A DNA stretch of 62,887 nt, filler included, from Reclinomonas americana ATCC 50394 (GCA_048213135.1; 7 parts of 5 records of this genome joined end to end with filler, not necessarily neighbours in it), one strand, 5' to 3'; shown: positions 22,832 to 36,500, counted from the first letter of the whole stretch. The notes: generated by a model not told the origin, from the letters alone. Program-made: numbers and translations.

Positions 22832-25800
22832 CTTGCGGTAGGTCTCGGCCTCGTCCTTCAATCCGTCACACAAGCGCGAAATCACCTCAGCTGCACCGAC
22901 CTTGTTGCTCATCTCCACCGTCGTCTCCACTGCACCGAAGCGTTAGTACCATTTTTTGCACTACCACCCACTCACCCACAGCACAATCATCACGCACCAA
23001 GCTGCTTGTAGTTTCTCCGGTCGAGCGACATGCGGCGCACCCAAAAGTGCTGGAAGAACTGCGGCAGGATCTCGGCCTTGATGTATGGCGCCTCCACACC
23101 TTCCGTTCCCACGCACTGCTTGACGACCTTCAGCACAATCTTCTTCATCTCCTCGTCTGGCGTCTGGAACTCGCGAATGAGCACGTCCATCACTTCACGC
23201 GTGTAGTGGTCGGCGTACTCGGCGTCCATCAACGGAATGAGGAAGCCAATGGCCTTCAAAAACGCGCCGAGACCCTTGCCGCGGTACTGACGAATGCCCT
23301 CCCACAGCGGTCGCAGCACCAGATCGAAGCACTCGATGCCTGGATAGGGACAGGATGAGACAAACATCACGGCGCAAAACAAAAAAAAGAGTTGACAACA
23401 CAAACCATAAGGGTGAGCAGCCTCGGCCAGCGCGGCGACGGCCAGCGCCGTAATGGTGCGGACCTTGCTCTGGTCGTCCTTCAAACCGTGCGCGATAATG
23501 TCCACCAGACTCTTCAAGTGCGGCAACACGGCGCAGCCGACCAAAATGGCAATCTGTTGCACGATCTTGATACCCGTGTGGCGCGCCTCCCACGATTTGC
23601 GCGACTGGCACACGGCCTTGAGGAAGGGAATCAGCGATGGGATGCCCAACGCCGAGGCCACCACAGCAAAGGCACGGGCGGTGGTGTTGCGCACGTACTC
23701 GTCGGTGTGGTCGATGTCTGCGATGAGTGGGATGAGCGAAGGAGGAATGAGGGGATGAAGAGAGGGCGGGTGTGCGAATCACACACATAGAGGGAAGGGG
23801 AAGACGGAAAGGTGTGTGCGGGAGAGTGCAGAGACAACGCAGATTGTGAGAAATGACAGGACAGGATGAAGACGGCCGCGAAATCTAGGTGAAAGAGACA
23901 GCTACAACAATGTACACAAAGCAAGAGAGAGAGAGAGAGGGAGAGATAGTGGAAACAAGAAAGAAGACGAGGGGCAAGAGAAAGAGAAATAGAGAGAGAG
24001 AGAGGCAGCCAACACTCAGAGAGCGAGACAGAGACAAGAGCGAAGACAAGGTGCAAAAGACTGATTCCTCAAGGTACACGAAACATTGACTTAAACGCAA
24101 GGGAGAGATACAGAGACAAGAGCGAAGACACTGTGCAAGAGACTCAGTCTTCAACGTGCGCGAAGCAAAGTATAACACGCACATATACACACGAGCACAC
24201 AGATGGGACGAGAGAGACAGAATGAAGATAACGAGAAACGAGAGCGAAGACAAGGAGACAGAGGCCGGTTACTCAACACACAAGCAAACGTTGACTGGCG
24301 ATGGAGAGACACAGAGACAGACAGATAGTGCACAAGAAACACAAAATGCTCCGTTCAGTTCGTCATCTCCCATTACTACCACCTCCTAGTTCTTCTTCTT
24401 CTTCTTCTCCCTCATCTCCTTCACCCCTCCACTCACCGGGACGCATGGTGGCAATCATGGNNNNNNNNNNNNNNNNNNNNNNNNNNNNNNNNNNNNNNNN
24501 NNNNNNNNNNNNNNNNNNNNNNNNNNNNNNNNNNNNNNNNNNNNNNNNNNNNNNNNNNNNNNNNNNNNNNNNNNNNNNNNNNNNNNNNNNNNNNNNNNNN
24601 NNNNNNNNNNNNNNNNNNNNNNNNNNNNNNNNNNNNNNNNNNNNNNNNNNNNNNNNNNNNNNNNNNNNNNNNNNNNNNNNNNNNNNNNNNNNNNNNNNNN
24701 NNNNNNNNNNNNNNNNNNNNNNNNNNNNNNNNNNNNNNNNNNNNNNNNNNNNNNNNNNNNNNNNNNNNNNNNNNNNNNNNNNNNNNNNNNNNNNNNNNNN
24801 NNNNNNNNNNNNNNNNNNNNNNNNNNNNNNNNNNNNNNNNNNNNNNNNNNNNNNNNNNNNNNNNNNNNNNNNNNNNNNNNNNNNNNNNNNNNNNNNNNNN
24901 NNNNNNNNNNNNNNNNNNNNNNNNNNNNNNNNNNNNNNNNNNNNNNNNNNNNNNNNNNNNNNNNNNNNNNNNNNNNNNNNNNNNNNNNNNNNNNNNNNNN
25001 NNNNNNGAGATGTGAGCGACGGGGAAGGAGCGGGAGAGAGAGAGAGAGAGAGAGGCAAGAGATAGACTTTCAAAGGGAAACAGCGTGTGCGTGCGAGTGA
25101 GGAAGGAGAAGAGGGCGGAGAACGACGAAGAGAGAGACACGGTCGGCCAGCTCCATGCATATCATCCCAGCATGGCCCCTCGCACGCAACGAAGGAGTCA
25201 TCAGCGGCGTGGCACCACCCAGCATCGGCCCACTCGGCGTCTTGTCCCATCGACTGCCCGTGGTGCGTCCGGGTGTGGCGCCAGCCGCGTCCCACGACGA
25301 GCTCACCGGAGTGGCATCGCCGAGACCGACAGCAGCCGGTGTGGCGTCCCATCGATTGCGACGCGCCTTGGGCGTGGCCTCTCCGCCCGGCACCGATCGC
25401 CCCGGTGTATCCCAACGCGACGACGCCGTGGTGGTGGTCGTGGACGAGGATCCACCAGTCTCTGCCGTGTCCCACTGCGACTGCGTGGTCTGCTTCTTCA
25501 CCGGCGGCTCATCAGCCGAGGCGGTGGGATTGGCCTCGTCCTGATCCCATCGGCGTTTCCGGCCCGACTTGGACGACGCCGAGTCGACCTCCTTCAACGT
25601 GCCCTCCTCACGCTTCTTGGCAATCAGCGCCTTGGTCTCCTTCTCGTCACGCGCCAGCTGTCGCACCGCCATCACCTCCTTGTACGACTGCATGTCCTTT
25701 TCGGACTTTTCCAGTGCCTGCTGCGTGCGCGGAGTGGCAAACGGATCGTGGCGCGTCGGCGGCAACTCCTGATCGCGCCACTTTTTCTTGTAGCCGTCCT

Positions 25801-27107
25801 CGCGGTCGCGGACCTTCGGGCGCTGGAATTCCTTGAACGGCTGTGGTGGGAGGGATGAAGATCAGCAACTGAGCGGGATTCTTGTGAATGGCTGCAACAC
25901 TCTTGCACGCAACATCTTCGCCATCGTCGCCCGGCAAGTCGTCGTACACGTGTTTGGGAGCGGTGAAGGAGGCACGTCTGCGCAGGGGAGGGGGAGAAGG
26001 GGAGAGGGGGGTGAGGAAAGAGTCGAGGGGAGAGACAACAGGAAGGGGGAAGTGACTGATTGTGCGAGAAACCAAAAACACAGAGGAAGCCGCATGCAAC
26101 GGAAGAGTCAAAATGCATGCTGACTGAGAGTGCATGTGCGTGCACGTGAGTGTGTGTACGAGAGACGGCGAGGAAGCAGAAGAAAAGAAGAGAAGAAGAG
26201 GAAGAGAGACAAACCAAAGATTGCACTGAGAGAGACAACACCAGACGAAGCCATCCAATAGGATGCAACTGAAGTGAACATACATACTGAGCATGGATGT
26301 GCGCGTGAGCACGTGAGCGAGAGACAGAGTGGATGCAGAAGAAGAATGAGAAGCAAGGAGTAGAAGAAGAAGAGAGACAACCAAAGAAAGAGACAGATGA
26401 GCGGAAGCAAGCCAGGAGAATGCAAGTCGATCAACATGGTGCCTGAGAAGGCATGTATGTGCGCCTGAGTGTGTGAACGAGAGACAGAGAGGAAGCAGAA
26501 GAAGAGGAGGAAGACTAGAAGAAGAGGAAGAGAGACAAGCAAATGAATGCAATCAGCGAGAAAGAGACAGATGAGCGTAAGCCCATCAGCTAAGAAGTGA
26601 GTCGACATGCATGCCCACTGAGAGTGCATGGATGTGCGCGTGAACGAGAGACAGAGAGGAAGCAGCAGACGCAGAAGAAGATGCCCTCTCTCTCTTCTCC
26701 CTCCCGCAACTTTGACGCCGCCGCCCCTCCACTCGCCGCCGCCGATGCCGGCGCCGGTGCATCATCATCCGCCTCCTCGACAATCTCACGCGAGAACTCG
26801 TGCTTTGACGCCGCACCGCCCCCGTACAAATCCTGATCAAAGTGGCCGAGTTGACCCAAGCCAATGCCACTGCGCTTTTGCTGCGCCTGCCGAATCTCGT
26901 CGTCAAGGTCTGCACATACAGGGAGACGATGAGCAGGCAGAGAGAGAGACAGAGAGAGAAAAGAGTCCAAGTGCACAAGGACATGTCATCTCGCGCGTGA
27001 CACACACACGCACACGCAGAGAGCGCGAGACACACTGTTGCGCATGCAGTGGACGCGCGCAGCTCACACGCAATGACAGACACAGAGGCAGCGCACTCAC
27101 CGCTCAT
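22832..27107 (-). CDS. SF3B1: Splicing factor 3B subunit 1 (U2 snRNP); a middle part and the C-terminal part are lost in gaps
   Basis: [29 protein letters not shown] and RWDxTP ULM repeats; [62 protein letters not shown]. Confidence 0.97.
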
Positions 27108-27259
27108 TTTTGCGATCGAAGTGGGGTTACTGCTCTTGCCTGCAATTCCATTTCGCATCGATGGTAACCCGGATTTCACTTTTGTCGTGCGCGTGTGTGC
27201 GAGTGTGAGTGCAATGCCGCCAAAGAAGAAGGGATCTCGGTTTTAAGAACTGATGAAAT

Positions 27260-27495
27260 CAGGTGACGCCTAGCGTGCACCTAGCGTACGTGTTGCACTC
27301 TGTTCTCCCTGATGGCGCGCTCTCCCACCGTCGTTTTTTGCGCAGAAACCTTCGCCGACCCTCCCTCGACCACGTAGTGTGGTCGAAAATCCGAACACGA
27401 CAACATTATTTTTCGCAGGTGCGCAGGTGTCGTAGGTGAGTGCCTAGAGGCGCGTAGGCGACACCTAAAGGCGGCACCTACTGTCACCTAAGGTA
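27260..27495. promoter_or_regulatory. Cluster of about 10 YAGGYG/CRCCTR motifs upstream of SF3B1
   Basis: caggtg, cgccta, caccta, caggtg x2, taggtg, taggcg, caccta x3 within 240 bp of divergent intergenic DNA. Confidence 0.4.
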
Positions 27496-27624
27496 GCAAC
27501 TTATGCGCGTCGGGTGCTGTGAAAGGCGACGGTATGCGCAGGCCCTCCATCGCGAGTGAAGTGTGAAGGTAGAGTGGATTCCTGAGTGAAAAATGCAACT
27601 GTTTGTGGTTCACTACGTACTGGG

Positions 27625-27662
<38 letters not shown>

Positions 27663-28394
27663 GAGAGGAGGGTGAGAGAGAGAGGAGAGAGAGAGACAGA
27701 GAAGTCTCTCACTGAACAAAAACGAAGAGCTACGCAGCGTGGGACGGTCCTNNNNNNNNNNNNNNNNNNNNNNNNNNNNNNNNNNNNNNNNNNNNNNNNN
27801 NNNNNNNNNNNNNNNNNNNNNNNNNNNNNNNNNNNNNNNNNNNNNNNNNNNNNNNNNNNNNNNNNNNNNNNNNNNNNNNNNNNNNNNNNNNNNNNNNNNN
27901 NNNNNNNNNNNNNNNNNNNNNNNNNNNNNNNNNNNNNNNNNNNNNNNNNNNNNNNNNNNNNNNNNNNNNNNNNNNNNNNNNNNNNNNNNNNNNNNNNNNN
28001 NNNNNNNNNNNNNNNNNNNNNNNNNNNNNNNNNNNNNNNNNNNNNNNNNNNNNNNNNNNNNNNNNNNNNNNNNNNNNNNNNNNNNNNNNNNNNNNNNNNN
28101 NNNNNNNNNNNNNNNNNNNNNNNNNNNNNNNNNNNNNNNNNNNNNNNNNNNNNNNNNNNNNNNNNNNNNNNNNNNNNNNNNNNNNNNNNNNNNNNNNNNN
28201 NNNNNNNNNNNNNNNNNNNNNNNNNNNNNNNNNNNNNNNNNNNNNNNNNNNNNNNNNNNNNNNNNNNNNNNNNNNNNNNNNNNNNNNNNNNNNNNNNNNN
28301 NNNGCAACAGCAGGATCTTGGACAAAAAGAATGGAGCTCGCTTAAAAAAGATTGGATCTACTGTCCCAGACAGCCCCCCGACAGCCAAGTAGTC

Positions 28395-31300
28395 ATGCGT
28401 CGGAGCGGAGGTCGTGCGCGGACTTTCGCAGAGGTCAAGCAACAGTACGATGAGGCCTTGCAGCATTTTGACAGTGGTGACTATACCACCGCGGCACCCA
28501 TCTTCGCTAGCTGCTGGCGAGATTTTGATGACTTGTGTGGCCCCGACGATGAGTCGACGATGGCGTGTGCAGAGACATACGCGGCTGCACTGGCGAATTC
28601 AGGAGATGCACAGAGCGCATTGCCGGTGAACGAGGATGTGCTGGAGAGGAAAAAGCGCGTGTTGGGTGCGACTCACAGTGAGACATTGAGAACGGCTTCC
28701 TGCATGGGCGACGCGCTGAGGAAGCTCGGGCGGCATCGCGAGGCCATTGCGTTGCTGCGCGACACGGCGGAGAAGCAAGAGCGCTACGGGGCCAAGGAGG
28801 ACGTCCAGGATATGTTGCCAACGTTGCACCACTTGGCACTGGCGCTCGATGACAACAAGGAGTACGAGGAGTCGATCCGGATTTCACGCGACCTTGTGCT
28901 CCGGAGTCGTGAAGTGTTGGGCGAGGATCACCCAGACACGCTGGCGAGCATGCATAACATGGGAGTGACGCTGTTCAACGCAGGCGGCTTGGCCAACCTG
29001 GAGGAGGCGTTGGAGATCTTTGAGGAGGTGTTGCCGCTGCAACGCCGCGTGCTGGGGCCGGATCACGAGGACACCAAAGACACGGTAGATGACCTCTCCA
29101 ACACCCGTGCAAAGCTGGCCGCACTTCGCAAGGCTTCGTCGACGACCTCCCCATCTGGTACGTCAGTGACGCACTCTTTTGTTTCATCCTCCACGCTGTT
29201 GTTGTTCATCCGCGACTGCGGCTTCCTCTGCTTCTGCATCGGCTTCACCGCCAGTGCGTTCTCCGGTGAGACAAACCTGACAAGTGCTGATGCTTACTCA
29301 ACACTGACCTCTCTGTGCACTCACCAGCCGCCACCCGGGAACTCGGTCCGCGAGCAGCAGGTGGAGGCAGCAAACGCACAACTGCAACGCGATCTGACCG
29401 AGCAGCAGCGCCTTGTGCAGCAACAAACGCAGGAGTTGACCACGCTTCGCAACCAGCAGTCACAGTCGCAGGCCACCATTGCCCAGCTGCAACGTGACCT
29501 GGCGCGAAAACGGGCGACGACGCAGCAGCACGAAGGAACCATCGCGCAACTGCGGCGCGAGGTGGAAGAACAGCAGGCAGCGGTACGCGAGCGGACTGCC
29601 CAAGTGGGTGCAGCGCAGCAGCAAGTGCAGAGACGCGATGCCACCATCGCGCAGCTGCAACGCGACAAGATCGATCAGCAAGCCACTATCCGCGAGCAGA
29701 CTGCCCGGGTGGAGGCAGAGCAGCAGCAGGCTCAGCAGCTCGAGGCCACCATCACGCAACTGCAACGAGAGAAGAACGATCAGCAAGCCACTCTCCGCGA
29801 GCTGAGTGCCCAGGCTCAACAACATGAGGCAACCATCACGCAACTGCGGCGCGAGCTGGAGACGCAGCAAGCCGCAGTTCGCGAGAGGACCACGCAGATG
29901 AACGCAGCGCAGCAGCTGGTGCAGCAACACGAAGCCACCATCGCGCAAGTGCGGCGCGAGGCGGAGGAGCAGCGACAGCGAGTCGGGCAATTGACCGCTC
30001 AATTGGATGCAGCTCAAGCGGCAAGTGCAGCGAATGTTGCACGCCTGCAGCAGGAGCTGGAGGAGCAGAGGGCGCATGGGCAGCTGCAGCAAGAGGCCGC
30101 TATCCAGCGCCTGCGTGAGGAGTTTGCTTCTCTTCGAGTCTCTCTGGAGCGAATGGACGAGCAGCGGCAGCAAGAATACGACCGTGCACAGCGACTGGCC
30201 GCTGATTTGGCCGCCGCGCAACACGAGCTCAACCATCGTGGTGAGCACGACTGAGTGTGTGGCCAAGACTGCTTGTGCGCTGTCGCTCATGTGCAGTTTT
30301 GAAGTTCCGCTCACGGCCTTTACCTGGGAGCAAGTCGGCGCCATGACAAATGGCTTTGCTCGTCGTCTTGGCGTGGGTGGACAGGGAAGCGTGTTTTCTG
30401 GCACGTGGATGGAGCAGCAGGTGGCTGTGAAGGTGTTTGACAGCGATGCGCCGTGGTGCATCGAATCGTTCTCCAACGAGGTGAGCGCTGCGTGTGCGCG
30501 GAGAACAGGTGATCATCGCATTTTGTTTACCGTTATTTGCTGGTTGCAGTTGGAGAAACTGAAGAGTGTGACGGTGCCTGGTGTGGTGCGCATGATTGGT
30601 TTCGCCGAGTCGGACCGCGGAGAAAAGTGCATTGTGCTGGAGGCCATGAGGTTGGTTGCATGCAATTCTTCTGGCTCGTTTGTTGCTGATGCGCTGTCTT
30701 TCTCTTGATCATTCTCAAGCGAGCACAACCTCGAGCACCGGTTGTTGGAGTATCAAGCACTCGGCTTGCCAGTCATGGCCATCGAAGAACGCATGACGTG
30801 CTTGCTTCGATGCTCGGAGATCGTGGCGGCATTGCACAGGTGAGACAGCGGGGGAGGTGGGAAGTCAGGTGCATGTGCTCGTTTCTCATCGTTTCTTCTT
30901 GTTGCACAGGATGGTTTGTGTCGTCGTTGTGCAACTTGTTGACGTCGTCTCTCACTCTCCACTCACTGTCACTGCTTTCTGTTCTCGCCTTTATTCAGAA
31001 TGGTGAGTCTCCGTGAACTCGGTTGTGAGTGATTTGACCTCGCTTGTTAACCATGATTCGCAGTCATTCACCGCGACCTGAAGCCGGCCAACATTCTGTT
31101 TGACGAGCGTGGCCAGGCATGCATCTCGGACCTGGGAATCGCACACTGGTTCCGCACTGGCGGGGTGAGTCTCCTTTCCCGTCCCTCGCCTTCCCACCGA
31201 TAATGTCCTCATCATGGGTGTGTGGCGACAAGCAGACACACCTGTCGGTGCAGTTCGCCGGCGATCACAACTATGCCGATCCACAGGCACTGCGTGGCAT

Positions 31301-31887
31301 TCTGCGTCCGACTGCCGACGTCTACTGCCTCGGACTCATTCTCCTACAACTGTTCTCCGGTCAGCCGATTGTCGAGGTGCACAAGTGGATCGAGGCGATG
31401 GTGGAGGACGACGACGCGGCGAGACTTGATGAGGCCGCTGTGCAACTGGCCGACACCGCGGTCGGCCGGGAATGGCCCACATCCGTCTGTCGCCGTCTTG
31501 TGCGCTTGGCCATGCGGTGAGTAGTAAGCATCAGCCCCGTTGCATATCAGCATTGAGTAGATCGTCCCTCATGATTCGAGAAACAGCTGCGTCGACCATC
31601 GACCCAATCGCCGCCCGAGTGCCGACGACCTGGTGACGGAGATGCGCGATCTGACTGCATTGTCGTGCCGTCGCGCGTGCGTTCTCTGTTACGATGTGCG
31701 CGACACTCGACTGCGTCCGTGCGGCCATGAGGTGGTGTGCCGCAATTGTGCGCGGCAAGTTGTCGAGCGACGCGGCGAGTGCCCTCTCTGTCGCACGTCC
31801 ATCACCCGTTTCGACTCGGGAGACGAGTACGGGTATCATACAATTGTGCTGGCGCCACCGTCAGCTGCGGTCGCCGTGAGCCCGTGA
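28395..31887 (+). CDS. TPR - coiled coil - IRAK/Pelle-like kinase - C3HC4 RING protein, copy 1
   Basis: TPRs of the [15 protein letters not shown] type; [10 protein letters not shown] coiled-coil repeats; [85 protein letters not shown]. Confidence 0.88.
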
Positions 31888-33529
31888 TGACTGTGTTTGC
31901 AGTGCAAAACATGTNNNNNNNNNNNNNNNNNNNNNNNNNNNNNNNNNNNNNNNNNNNNNCAGCCTCACAGCTTCTTGCTTGATCGCTCCTCACTCTCTCT
32001 CCCTTATATTTCCCTCTCTCTCCCCTTCTTGCGCACACAATCACAGTCTCCATCAGACGATCTAACTGCCTGTGCTACACTACGCCTGCAACAACTGTGC
32101 TTCAGTAGCCGCTGGCACTCACCTCGGCAACGGCAAATGCTGCGGCAGCTGCAGCGGTTCCACTTGCAGCCAGTCTCCGCTTGACAGTTGCACGCAGTAG
32201 ACGAGAGAGATAGAGAGAGATTCTTGCCAAGTTGAAATCTGTAATTNNNNNNNNNNNNNNNNNNNNNNNNNNNNNNNNNNNNNNNNNNNNNNNNNNNNNN
32301 NNNNNNNNNNNNNNNNNNNNNNNNNNNNNNNNNNNNNNNNNNNNNNNNNNNNNNNNNNNNNNNNNNNNNNNNNNNNNNNNNNNNNNNNNNNNNNNNNNNN
32401 NNNNNNNNNNNNNNNNNNNNNNNNNNNNNNNNNNNNNNNNNNNNNNNNNNNNNNNNNNNNNNNNNNNNNNNNNNNNNNNNNNNNNNNNNNNNNNNNNNNN
32501 NNNNNNNNNNNNNNNNNNNNNNNNNNNNNNNNNNNNNNNNNNNNNNNNNNNNNNNNNNNNNNNNNNNNNNNNNNNNNNNNNNNNNNNNNNNNNNNNNNNN
32601 NNNNNNNNNNNNNNNNNNNNNNNNNNNNNNNNNNNNNNNNNNNNNNNNNNNNNNNNNNNNNNNNCAGCGATGGAGATACCAGTATCTCTCCCTCTCTTCA
32701 TCGCTCATTCTCCCCCCTTTCACTCTTTCTCTCTGGCACTCAATCACAGTGCAAAGAAGCGATCGAGGGAAGCCAAACAGGAAGTGTACAGACACAGAGA
32801 CTCTGGAGAGGAACTGAGTGTGAGGCTGTGATTTGGCGAGTAAAGATTGCAGTGTGCGAGAGAAGAACACGATCGTGAGGTGCGAACGAGCGAGACTGAA
32901 TGCACGCGAGACAAGAGACGTGCACGAGACTTAGTTGTCGATCGATGAAGACTCCCTCTGCTCTACTCCACAGATTTCCCTTTCTCGATTCAGCGATCGA
33001 AAGAGACTTGCATGCAGAGAGCACACACTCACGACACTGTGGTGATGTGCGAGATCGTGAGCAATCGAGGGAGACTGCGGGTGACAGTAAATGATCGCCA
33101 GTGAGATATGAACAAGCGACCAGGCAAGAGTGTGAGATTGAGCTTCTGTGGTGGCAAAGGATGCTGGCGAGTGGGTGTTGTAACATGGTCGTGGCGATCT
33201 GGCAAGAACAGGATCTCGAACTTATTTGTGATGGCACATCGAGGGAGGAAAAACCGACGGCAACTGTTTCGATAATATCCATGCATTGCGTTGGTGGATT
33301 CTTCACCGAGAGCTGTCGCAACGACACAACGCGAAGCAGACTAACCGTCGACGTCGATCGTCGTGGCCATGGACTGTATAAACATGTTTTCCACATCCCT
33401 CGCGTGATTTGCGCAAAGAGTGTGGATATTGCAGTGCATGCAGTGTGTAATAAGGGGGCAACAACAGCAGGGTGTTGCTTTGTCCGCCACAATGCATCGT
33501 CCTTCATGTTGTCCGACAGGCGAGTCATC

Positions 33530-36500
33530 ATGCGTCGGAGCGGTGGTCGTGTTGCGCCGACTTTCGAGGAGGTCGTGCGGCAGTACGATGAGGCCATGCA
33601 GCATTTACATATTGGTGACTATGCCACCGCGGCACCCCTCCTCGCTCGCTGCAAGCGGGACGTTGAGGACTTGCGTGGCCCCGATGATGAATGGACTCTT
33701 GCGTGTGCACACAACTTCGCAGAAGCACTCTTGAATTCAGGAGATGCACAGAGCGCATTGCCGGTGTACGAGGATGTGTTGGAGAGGAGGAAGCGCGTGT
33801 CGGGTGCGACTCATTAGGAGACATTGATTACGGCTTCCTGCATAGGCAGTGCGCTTGTGCGGCTCGGGCGTCATCGTGAGGCCATTGCATTGCTGCGCGA
33901 CACGGTGGAGAAGCAAGAGCGCTACGGGGCCAAGGGGGACGTCAAGGATGTTTTGTATACGTTGCACGAATTGGCACTGGCGCTGCATGAAAACAACGAG
34001 TACGAGGAGTCGATCCAGATCTCACGGAACGTTGTGCGCCAGAGCCGCCAAGTGTTGGGCGAGGATCGCCCTGAGACGCTGGTGAGCATGCATACCATGG
34101 CAGTGACGCTGGCCAGAGAAGGCGGCTTGGCCAACCTGGAGGAGGCGTTGGAGATCTTCGAGGAGGTGTTGCCGCTGCGTCGTCGCGTGCTGGGACCGGA
34201 CCACGAACACACCAAGCTCACGGCAGATGACCTCTCCAACACCCGTGCAAAGCTGGCCGCGCTCCGCAAGGCTTCTTCAACGACTTCCCCATCTGGTATG
34301 TCAGTGACGCACTCTTTTATTCGTCCTCCACAATCGATGCTCATCCGCGACTGCAGCTTCCTCTGCGTCCGCATCCACTCCACCGCCAGTGCGTTCCCCG
34401 GTGAGACAAACCTGACGAGTGCCGATGCGTGACCAAACACTTACCTCTCTGTGCACCAACCTGTCGACCCCCGAACAGCAGCTGGAGGCAGCAAACGCAC
34501 AACTGCAACGCGATCTGGCCGAGCAGCAGCGCGTCGTGAAGCAACAGACGCAGGAGTTGACCACGCTTCGCAACCAGCAGTCACAATCGCAGGCCACCAT
34601 CGCCCAGCTGCAACGAGACCTGGCGCGAAAACGGGCGACGACGCAGCAGCACGAAGGAACCATTGCACAGCTGCGGCTCGAACTGGAAGAGCAACAGGCG
34701 GCGGTCCGCGAGCGGGCTGCCCAAGTGGATGCAGCGCAGCAGCAAGTGCAGCGTCGCGATGCCACTATTACGCAACTGCAACGCGAGAAGAACGATCAGC
34801 AAGCCACGATCCGCGAGCGAACTGCCCACGCTCAACAACACGAAGCCACCATCGCACAATTGCGGCGCGAGCTGGAGACGCAGCAAGCATTCGTTCGCGA
34901 GCGAACCACACAGATGAATGCAGCGCAGCAGGAGGCTCAGCAACATGAGGCGACCATTGCGCAACTGCAGCGCGAGGCGGAGGAACAGCGACAGCGAGTC
35001 AGACAAATGGCCACTCAATTGGATGCAGCGCAAGCGGCCGGTCGCAGCCTGCAGCTGGAGCTGGAGGAGCAACGAGCTCACGCACAGCTGCAAGAGACAG
35101 GAGCCACTGGATGGTACAACCGTGCGCGGGAGATGGAGACAACAGTGGTCAATCTGCGTCAGTCCCTCGCCGCCAACCAGACCACAGTCCACCAGCTGCG
35201 CACTGCGCTCTCGCACGTGCAGCCGCAGCGAGAAGCCGCTGTGCAGCTCCTGCGTGAGGAGTGTGCTTCTCTTCGAGTCTCCCTGGAGCGTATGGACGAG
35301 CAGCGGCAGCAAGAATACGACCGTGCACAGCGACTGGCAGCTGATTTGGCCGCTACACAGCACGAGCTCAACCACCGTGGTGAGTGTGAGTGAATGAGTG
35401 TGTACTGCAGACGCGCTGCTCCGCTGACCAGCATTTTTGCAGTTCCGCTCACGGCCTTCACCTGGGAGCAAGTTGGCGCCATGACAAATGGCTTTGCTCA
35501 TCGTCTTGGCACAGGTGGACAGGGAAGCGTGTTTTCTGGCACATGGAAGGAGCAGCAGGTGGCCGTCAAAGTGTTCGACAGCGATGCGCCGTGGTGCATC
35601 GAGTCGTTCTCCAATGAGGTGAGAGCTGCGTGTGGGGAGAAAAGGTGATCATCGCATCGTGTGTTTATCGCTTCTTGCTGGGTGCAGTTGGAGAAACTGA
35701 AGAATGTGACGGTGCCTGGTGTGGTGCGCATGATCGGATTCGCCGAGTCTGATCGCGGAGAGAAGTGCATTGTGCTAGAGGCCATGAGGTTGGTAGAGAT
35801 CGAGTATTCCTGGTTGCATGCAATTCTCCTGCTTCGTTGTTGCTGATGGGCTGTCCTACCTTTTCTCGATCATTCTCAAGCGAACACAATCTCGAGCACC
35901 GGTTGTTGGAGTATCAAGCACTCGGTTTGCCCGTCATGGCCATCGAGGAGCGCATGACATGCTTGCTGCGATGCTCGGAGATCGTGGCGGCATTGCACAG
36001 GTGAGACAGCTGGTGAAGTGGGAAGTCGGGTGCATTTGGTCGTTTCTCATCGTCTCTTCTTGTGCACAGATGGGTTTGTGTGCGCTGTTGTTTTCCTTGT
36101 TGATGATATTGCTCACTCACTCCCTTTCTCTCACTGTCACCGCTTTCTGTTCTCGCCTTCATCCAGAATGGTGAGTCTCCGTGAGCTCGGTTGTGAGTGT
36201 TGTTACCTCGTCGCTTATTCACCATAATCCGCAGTCATTCATCGCGACTTGAAGCCCGCCAACATCCTGTTTGACAAGCGTGGTCAGGCGTGCATCTCGG
36301 ACCTGGGAATCGCGCACTGGTTCCGCACCGCCGGGGTGAGTATGCACTCTCTCTTCCCCCGCCTTCCCACCGATAATGTACTCATAAACATGGTGACAAG
36401 CAGACACACCTGTCGGTGCAGTTCGCCGGCGATCACGACTATGCTGATCCACAGGCACTGCGTGGCATTCTGCGCCCCAGCACCGACGTGTACTGCCTCG

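Noticed and set aside
22990..23720. Altered SF3B1 hotspot residues explaining the unusual splicing
   Set aside because: Motifs around the human hotspots ([25 protein letters not shown]) are canonical, and SF3B1 acts at the branch site rather than the donor.
32740..33520. ORFs upstream of TPR-kinase copy 2, and ORF 4077-4871
   Set aside because: No recognisable motifs or consistent exon structure.
33815..33817. Stop-codon reassignment (TAG as sense)
   Set aside because: Single instance. The conserved genes I spliced show no in-frame TAG, and TAA, TAG and TGA all terminate genes here.
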